Under the pieces are notes generated by a model. That model saw only the letters and a list, made by a program, of their open reading frames with translations. It was not told where the DNA came from and did not search any database. The translations under genes and the position numbers were made by a program. From Eledone cirrhosa (Eukaryota), in NCBI GenBank assembly GCA_964016885.1, contig OZ024746.1, positions 2,728,001 through 2,792,000 on the forward strand: DNA of 64,000 nucleotides, in the 5' to 3' direction. Within the stretch, counting starts at the first letter, position 1. Every line of letters starts with the position of its first letter. Shown here one piece after another: positions 57,458 to 64,000 of the stretch.

Positions 57458-57793
57458 GGAGGCACATGGCTTAGTGGTTAGAGCATTGGCCTTGCAATCG
57501 AAAGGTTGTGAGTTCAATTCTCAGACCGGGTGATGTGTTGTTTCCTTGAGCAAGACACTTTATTTCACATTGCTCCAGTTTACTCAGCTGTAGAAATGAG
57601 ATGATAGGGACTGGGTTCCATATCTTTCCACTGCAAAGTGGTCGTGGAGGTGCCACGGCAAAAAAGCACCCAGCACTCACTGTAAATGAGGTTGGTGTTA
57701 GGAAGGGCATCCAGCTGTAGAAATCAAGCCAGAATCAGTTCCCGTCCACCCTTGCAAGCAGGGAAAAGCGGACGTAAAATGATGATGATGATG
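57458..57793 (+). mobile_element. SINE family A (copy 5) with TSD
   Basis: Full length. ATTCAT is duplicated at 57452-57457 and 57794-57799. Confidence 0.93.
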
Positions 57794-58934
57794 ATTCATA
57801 TTATACTTTGGAAAAAATATGTTAACAAAAAATGATGAAAAAATGCCTCAACCAATGTAAAAAACACAAAAAAAAGGTGAAATTGTGTATACAATCAATT
57901 TTGATATCAAATATTTGACTATAATAAATCTTTCACAGAAATACTCTTCCAGTGAAAGAAAGTTTATTCAACTACTCAGTAAATAGTTTTAACATGGCAT
58001 CATGCAAGCCAATGTGTGAATTCCCTTCAATTTAGTACAATTTTTTTTATTATCACAATATGTATACAATAAAAGCAGATAAAAAAGTAGAGCTTTAAAA
58101 GGGGATGAAGACATTTTTCTTTGTGAGATTCAAAATACAACTGGCAAAAATGTTTTGTATACATTTGCTATCATTTTTCTTTTAATATTCTGTAATAAAA
58201 CCATATTTCTTATCAAGTCAAGGAATTCCATGGGAATTTTCAGATAACTTCATTTCCTTATTTATTTATAATGATTATTTATATATACTTTTTTTGCAAA
58301 CAATGACTTGTTGGATAGATAAACTAAATAAATTTATACAGAGAATAAAATCTGTTTATCATGTCAAATTCTCACAGAGACATAAACCAGATGACAAAGA
58401 AAATTATCACAGTTATGAACCATGAAATATGTTTCTGTTCTCAACTGACATGTTCCAAACTATTATTATTTGTATGTCGAGATTTATATTTTATATAGTC
58501 ACATGCAAATATTAGCTTTATTGGTTCTCACATATATATAAAAGCCCAATTTAAAATTATTTATATAGAGAGAGATTAAAATATTGAACTGTGCCTGGTA
58601 ACAATGTATTATTGAATGATGACTTATTGATGATATATAGAAGTGTTTTAATATAAATCAATTTATTAACTGTTCTATTTGCTTACCTCCTCATTTGAAA
58701 TATAATTCTAAATTAACCTTTATGCCTGGGGATATCAAAATTATGTATCTAGTTGGTGATTGGAAATCACATCTCAACTATATTTTATTGAATTAACATG
58801 GGGTAAGTCTAGTTTGAAATTTACTAGTTTAGCACTCCTTAGGGTTAGAAAAACTACCGTGTAACCTCATTCAGTGGGGCATTCTACAGCATAGCTATTT
58901 GGCTAAAAAGTTTGCTTCACAGATTTGATCTCTC

Positions 58935-59144
58935 TTAGCCTTCCCAAAGCTACCTCTGATTCTATGAAACAAAACTACCCATTTCGAAGAGTTTTATTTA
59001 AATCAAAATCTTCCAACATTATTTTATATAAGAACCAATTGTTTGTTTCAAATACTACCTTGATATGAAATAATCAATGATTTTAGTAAAATTCTTCATT
59101 AATTGAAATAGTGTATTTCATTAGAAATAGTCAGAAAGGGTTAA
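58935..59144 (+). mobile_element. MITE family M2 copy
   Basis: CTCTGATTCTATGAAACAAAAC...AAATCTTCCAACAT...AAAGGGTTAA matches 22079-22316. Confidence 0.7.
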
Positions 59145-59236
59145 GGCAGTTGATTTGTGGTCAAATTTCATGATATTCTAGCACCTATTTCCAACAGCAA
59201 AATGAACTGAAATATGTAAAAATATGTGTACTATGT

Positions 59237-59527
59237 GGAGGCATGAGGCCTTGTGGTAAGGGTATTGGACTTACAATCATAATATAGTGGGTTCGATTCC
59301 TGGACTGGGTTGAGTGTTGTGTTCTTGAGCAAACACTTCATTTCACATTGCTCCAGTATACTCAGCTGAAAATGAGTACCAGCAATAGCTGGAGGTTTAA
59401 CCCTGTGATGGACTGGTATCCTGTCCTGGGGGGAGAATCTTGTACTCTTACTCACTTCATGCCATGAAACCGGAATAAACACTGGCCTGGCAAGCCTCCT
59501 GGTTTGAGACAGACTTTAGACTTAGAT
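59237..59527 (+). mobile_element. tRNA/CORE-like SINE family B
   Basis: GGAGGC..GGCCTTGTGG, B-box GGTTCGATTCC and the same CORE-like block as family A. It then continues with a different 3' part (CCCTGTGATGGACTGG..CCTGTCC) and an (AGACTT)-type tail. Confidence 0.82.
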
Positions 59528-60769
59528 GTGTATTATCCAAATTTACAAGAAAATTCCTGCAAATGATTTGAACTCAAGGTGATGATTTAATAGCATTTCC
59601 ACTGTCCTTTTGTTTCTCCATAGAAAGAGTTGACATTTGCTCTGTTATAAAATCTAGAGAGATATTTCATTTGCAAGTTACTAAAAACTCTAAGGTCAGA
59701 TCACCTAGATTGTAAATTTATTTCTAAACTTAATTATTTCAATATAAACGTGTTTACAGCACCCAAAAGTTTGTCTAATTTCAAACAAGTTTAAAATAGC
59801 TAGATCAGAATCTCTTTTCTGATATTAGGATTTATGCTTGCTGCTTCCATTTAGCTCATTGGTAGTGTCAACAAATGAGCCTGGCTATTTATTATTGCTA
59901 GGTAATTTTCTCCATTGTAGAATTATCTGATATTGAGACATTGAGAAAGAAAGTGAATTATGCTTTAGAATGTTGTCTATGTAGCACATTAGTGAAAGAA
60001 CTGCTTCCAAATTCTACTGATTAGTCATGATTTGGGCAGTAGAGTGCATAAAAGCTTAATGATGTCGCCAGCTAGCTGTCAAACAGAATTGCTTCTGGAA
60101 CCTCTTCTGACAGTGTGTAACCAAGAGTCAAGGTGCAGGAATATAATATTTTACAATTCCTACTAAAGGTTATTTATAGAAAACTCATTGATTTTCATTA
60201 TAATAACAAAAATATTACATTGGCTGTCAATTTGCCAAGAGTATGATTTATTTTACACATACTCATTTTAATATTTGTTTTGAATAATTTTATTTTTTTT
60301 TTGTTTTTTGTTTTAGTTCAGAACATTGCCATAGCTTTATTATTACTGATACTGAACTGACTAGAGTTATTTTTAACTTTTATAGTTTTTGCCTGATTTT
60401 GTACGAAGTAAAATATTTTAATTTAAATGTTAGATGTGTTTGAAATACAAACACACACACACACACATTTGATCTCATCAAAAGGTATTTAGAATAATGT
60501 GCTTATGTGATGCTTCTTTCAGAATAATCCCCCATCCCATTCCTCAGATGTTCATTTTACTAGTAGAAATAAAGTTAAAAGTTCTCAACCTCTTAGTAAC
60601 CTCTACTTCTGCTTTCACATTTTTATGGATGGATGAAAGTGTCAAAATTTTCCTTTTATCATTAAACGTACAAATAAGGGATCACTGAAATACCTTTGAT
60701 CATATGTCTGATGATGGACCACCTAGAGCTAAACAGTAACAATGAGAAACCCTCTCTATATGCCTGATA

Positions 60770-61438
60770 CTACTCTTTTACTTGTTTCAGTGATGAGACT
60801 GTAGCTATGCTGAATCATTGTCTTCATTTTAGTCAACCATATTGGCCCCTTGATTTAGTTTTCCAAATCTGGTTCTTATTTTATCAATCTCTTTTTTTTT
60901 GTCAAACTAAGTTATAGGGCATAGACACACACACACTCACTCACTCCCACACACTCACTCACTCCCACACACACTCACTCTCACAAATGCACTCACTCAC
61001 TCCCACACTCACTCACTCTCACAAATGCACTCACTCACTCACTCTCACACTCACTCACTCACTCACTACCACACACACTCACTCCCACACTCACTCACTC
61101 ACTCACTCACTCACTCCCACACTCACTCACTCACACACTCACCCACTCACTCACTCACTCACTCACACACTCACCCACTCACCCACTCACACACTCACTC
61201 ACTCCCACACTCACTCACCCACTCCCATGCTCACTCACCCACTCCCATGCTCACTCACCCTCACCCACTCAAACACCCACACTCACACACAATGGGTTTC
61301 TACAGTTTCTGTTTACCAAACTCCACCGTCAAGCTATAGTAGATGACACTTTCCCAATGTGAAATACAGTGGGACTGGACAAAGAAGCCAGAGCCTCAAG
61401 ATTGTGAAACAAGCTCCCTTAACCACACATTTAAGCCC
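60770..61438 (-). mobile_element. SINE family C, full-length degenerate copy with expanded internal (CACT)n tract
   Basis: 3' part TACTCTTTTACTTGTTTCAGT... at 60770-60925, head ...CAGTTTCTGTTTACCAAA...CTTAACCACAC at 61290-61438, and a CA-rich tract between them. Family architecture is from recall of an Octopus SINE. Confidence 0.6.
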
Positions 61439-61761
61439 ACTTATTGTGTTACAGAAACATATTTTCATTTTATGCTTTATATATCATTTATTGGTTTTAC
61501 CTGGAGGAAGCAGGTTATGCCCATTGCCTTCACAGGATTTCTAAGGCCAGATCAATATGGTTAATATTTTGTTGAATAGTTGGAAATTGATGGCTGTAAG
61601 AAAAACATTGAGCAGAGAGGAAATTTCAGTTGATGTTATAGAAAGGAAGAACTGGGTGTGATAGTTAATGTAAGGCCTGGGAAAGGGGACACTATATGGA
61701 TAACAAGAGGAGAAAAGATGGAGGTAGTATAAGTCCAGCCAGATCTGATGAGCAAAAGCCA

Positions 61762-62072
61762 TGGTAGTGGTGGTGGTAGTAGTAGTGGTAGTGGTGGCAG
61801 TGGTGGTAGTGGTAGTGGTAGTGGTAGTGGTAGTGGTGGCGGTGGTGGTAGTGGTAGTAGTGGTAGTGGTGGCGGTAGTGGTAGTGGTGGTAGTGGTGGC
61901 GGTGGTGGTAGTAGTAGTGGTAGTGGTGGTAGTGGTAGTGGTGGCAGTAGTGGTAGTGGTGGCGGTGGTGGTGGTGGTGGTAGTGGTAGTGGTGGCGGTG
62001 GTGGTAGTAGTAGTAGTAGTGGCGGTGGTGGTGGTAGTGGTGGTGGTGGTGGTGGTAGTAGTAGTAGTAGTA
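61762..62072. repeat. (GGT/AGT/GGC)n trinucleotide repeat
   Basis: Direct inspection. Confidence 0.93.
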
Positions 62073-62164
62073 GATCCAGCTATTTAAATGTTTGTAAGCA
62101 ATTTCATACCAATAAGTTAAGTAAGATTTCTTTAAATGTATTCTAGTGTGTGTCTGTGTATAGC

Positions 62165-62682
62165 TGTCACACTGTATTTACTGAGTCACACTGTACCTAA
62201 TGAGAGACACTGTCACTAATGTGAGTCACACTGTACCTACTGTGAGTCACACTGTCACACTGTACCTAATGTGAGTCACACTGTCACACTGAATCTAATG
62301 TAACACTGTCACACTGTACCTAATGTGAGTCACTGTCACACTGTACCTAATGTGAGTCACTGTCACACTGTACCTACTGTGAGTCACACTGTACCTACTG
62401 TGAGTCCCACTGTACCTAATCTAACAGTCACACTGTACCTAACGTCACACTGTCACACTGTACCTAACGTCACACTGTCACACTGTACCTAATGTCAGTC
62501 ACACTGTACCTAATGTCAGTCACACTACCTACTGTGAGTCACTGTCACACTGTACACACTGTCACACTGTACCTAATGTCAGTCACACTACCTACTGTGA
62601 GTCACTGTCACACTGTACACACTGTCACACTGTACCTAATGTCACACTGTACCTACTGTGAGTCACACATTGTCACACTGTC
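62165..62682. repeat. Degenerate minisatellite (GTCACACT/GTACCTAAT units)
   Basis: Direct inspection. Confidence 0.9.
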
Positions 62683-62909
62683 AGTGTGTTACTCTGTTGT
62701 GTGTCATCTGAGTTTTGTAGTAGTTGCCCCACTAAATTCTCTAATTGAAAGAAATCACATTTTGAAAGAACATTGGTTCTGAGATGGAGGGAAAAGTGGA
62801 AGTTCCTATTACATCAAAGACCTGGCTGAATACTTACAAGAGAGTGGACTAAAGGTACCCAATGCTCAGCTGGTAGTATTAAACTAGGCAATAGATTAAG
62901 TTTCCCCCA

Positions 62910-63050
62910 AGAACAGATTCAATGTTTCTATTTACCCAATTTCACTCAAGGACTTTAGGCTCAATCTGAGGTTATTGTAGAAGGTAGTTGGTGGATTGAA
63001 CCTGAAGCCATGTGATTGCAAAGCAAATTTCTTAACTTTTAGCCATGCCT
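62910..63050 (-). mobile_element. Degenerate SINE family C head
   Basis: GATTGAACCTGAAGCCATGTGATTG...CTTAAC..AGCCATGCCT is the reverse complement of a tRNA-like head. Confidence 0.5.
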
Positions 63051-64000
63051 ATTACTATGTAGCAGTAAACCATCAATATTAAGGAAGTAAATAAAATTAG
63101 GTACAACTTTTCTAACTTTTTGATAGAGATGGCTATCATCTCTCAAAATATTTTTTTCATCTCACAGAAGAAAAATAACTTATCACTCAGCTAAATAACA
63201 GTTAAAAAAGCTTGGAGAGGGAGATTAATAGATTGAAGAATTTGTGCAAACAAATCGAAATACAGTCTTTAATGGTACACCAGTCCTATTACTACTTTTA
63301 ACAGAATCTCTCAGTCTTTAATGGTACACCAGTATTATTACTACTTTTAACAGAATCTCATGTATTTATTGAAACTTTTCATAAACAATCAAGTTTTGGA
63401 ACAAATGTTTAAAGATTTTCATAACATGCAAAAATAGTGAAAATGACCTATAAGTGTTAATGAACTAATTAACAATTTTTTGGTTAGTTAAACATTGCAT
63501 TTTTTTCTTGCATCACTTTGATGACTATTTAATCAGTATGCAGTATCAATAGTCAGTTTATGATTTTCTTTTTATTAGAAGAGAAGCAGTGCTCATGACC
63601 TTTTCAATAATTCAGCTCCACCCCTTTTCAGATCAATGAGATTGATATTCAGTTTGGAATTCTGTTGGGAAAATGTGGCCAGAGAGGGGGAGGGGGGTAA
63701 TTACAGAGGATAAACATGTGTATTGAGAACACTTCAGTGGATCTGGTGTACAACTTATTTGTTCTGACAAGTAGAATCATTTGTAGCAACAGTAGAAGAC
63801 AGAAGGAACACCAATTGCTGTAGCAGAGTGAGTGAGCTTTTGCCAATTAGGCAGATAGCCTTCTTTTAGGTGTGGTCTCAAATATTTCTATGTAGCAACA
63901 GTAACACTATCTCGTGGGTGTGAGTAGTACTTTAATAGGGTCTCACTTGAGCTTAATGAAGGTCAATGACTGAACATAGGAATTATTTCATCCTGTGAAC

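Noticed and set aside
61748-62146. Gly/Ser-rich ORF
   Set aside because: A trinucleotide repeat with no supported splice context, and equally open as poly-Val.

Overview
AT-rich eukaryotic non-coding DNA dominated by repeats. The SINE families resemble ones I recall from Octopus, so a coleoid cephalopod is likely, but this is not verified. I cannot support any host protein-coding exon, and the long ORFs are translations of microsatellites. The window contains three multi-kb (TA)n-based satellites, one spanning a 200-N assembly gap. It also holds five copies of a young tRNA-head/CORE-like SINE together with its apparent partner RTE LINE, two further RTE families (one copy with a twin-priming inversion), a probable L1/Tx1 3' end with a 15-bp TSD, a decayed mariner, and TTAA- and TA-type MITEs. 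The most notable signal is a set of short, mostly (TA)n-flanked elements carrying type I hammerhead ribozymes. Two have intact cores (40168-40249 minus; 53039-53076 plus) and three are degenerate. Several long palindromes are centred just upstream of a hammerhead-like 3' half (GAAA-stem III-NUH). This suggests Penelope-like pLTR/retrozyme remnants that fold back at hammerhead stem II.
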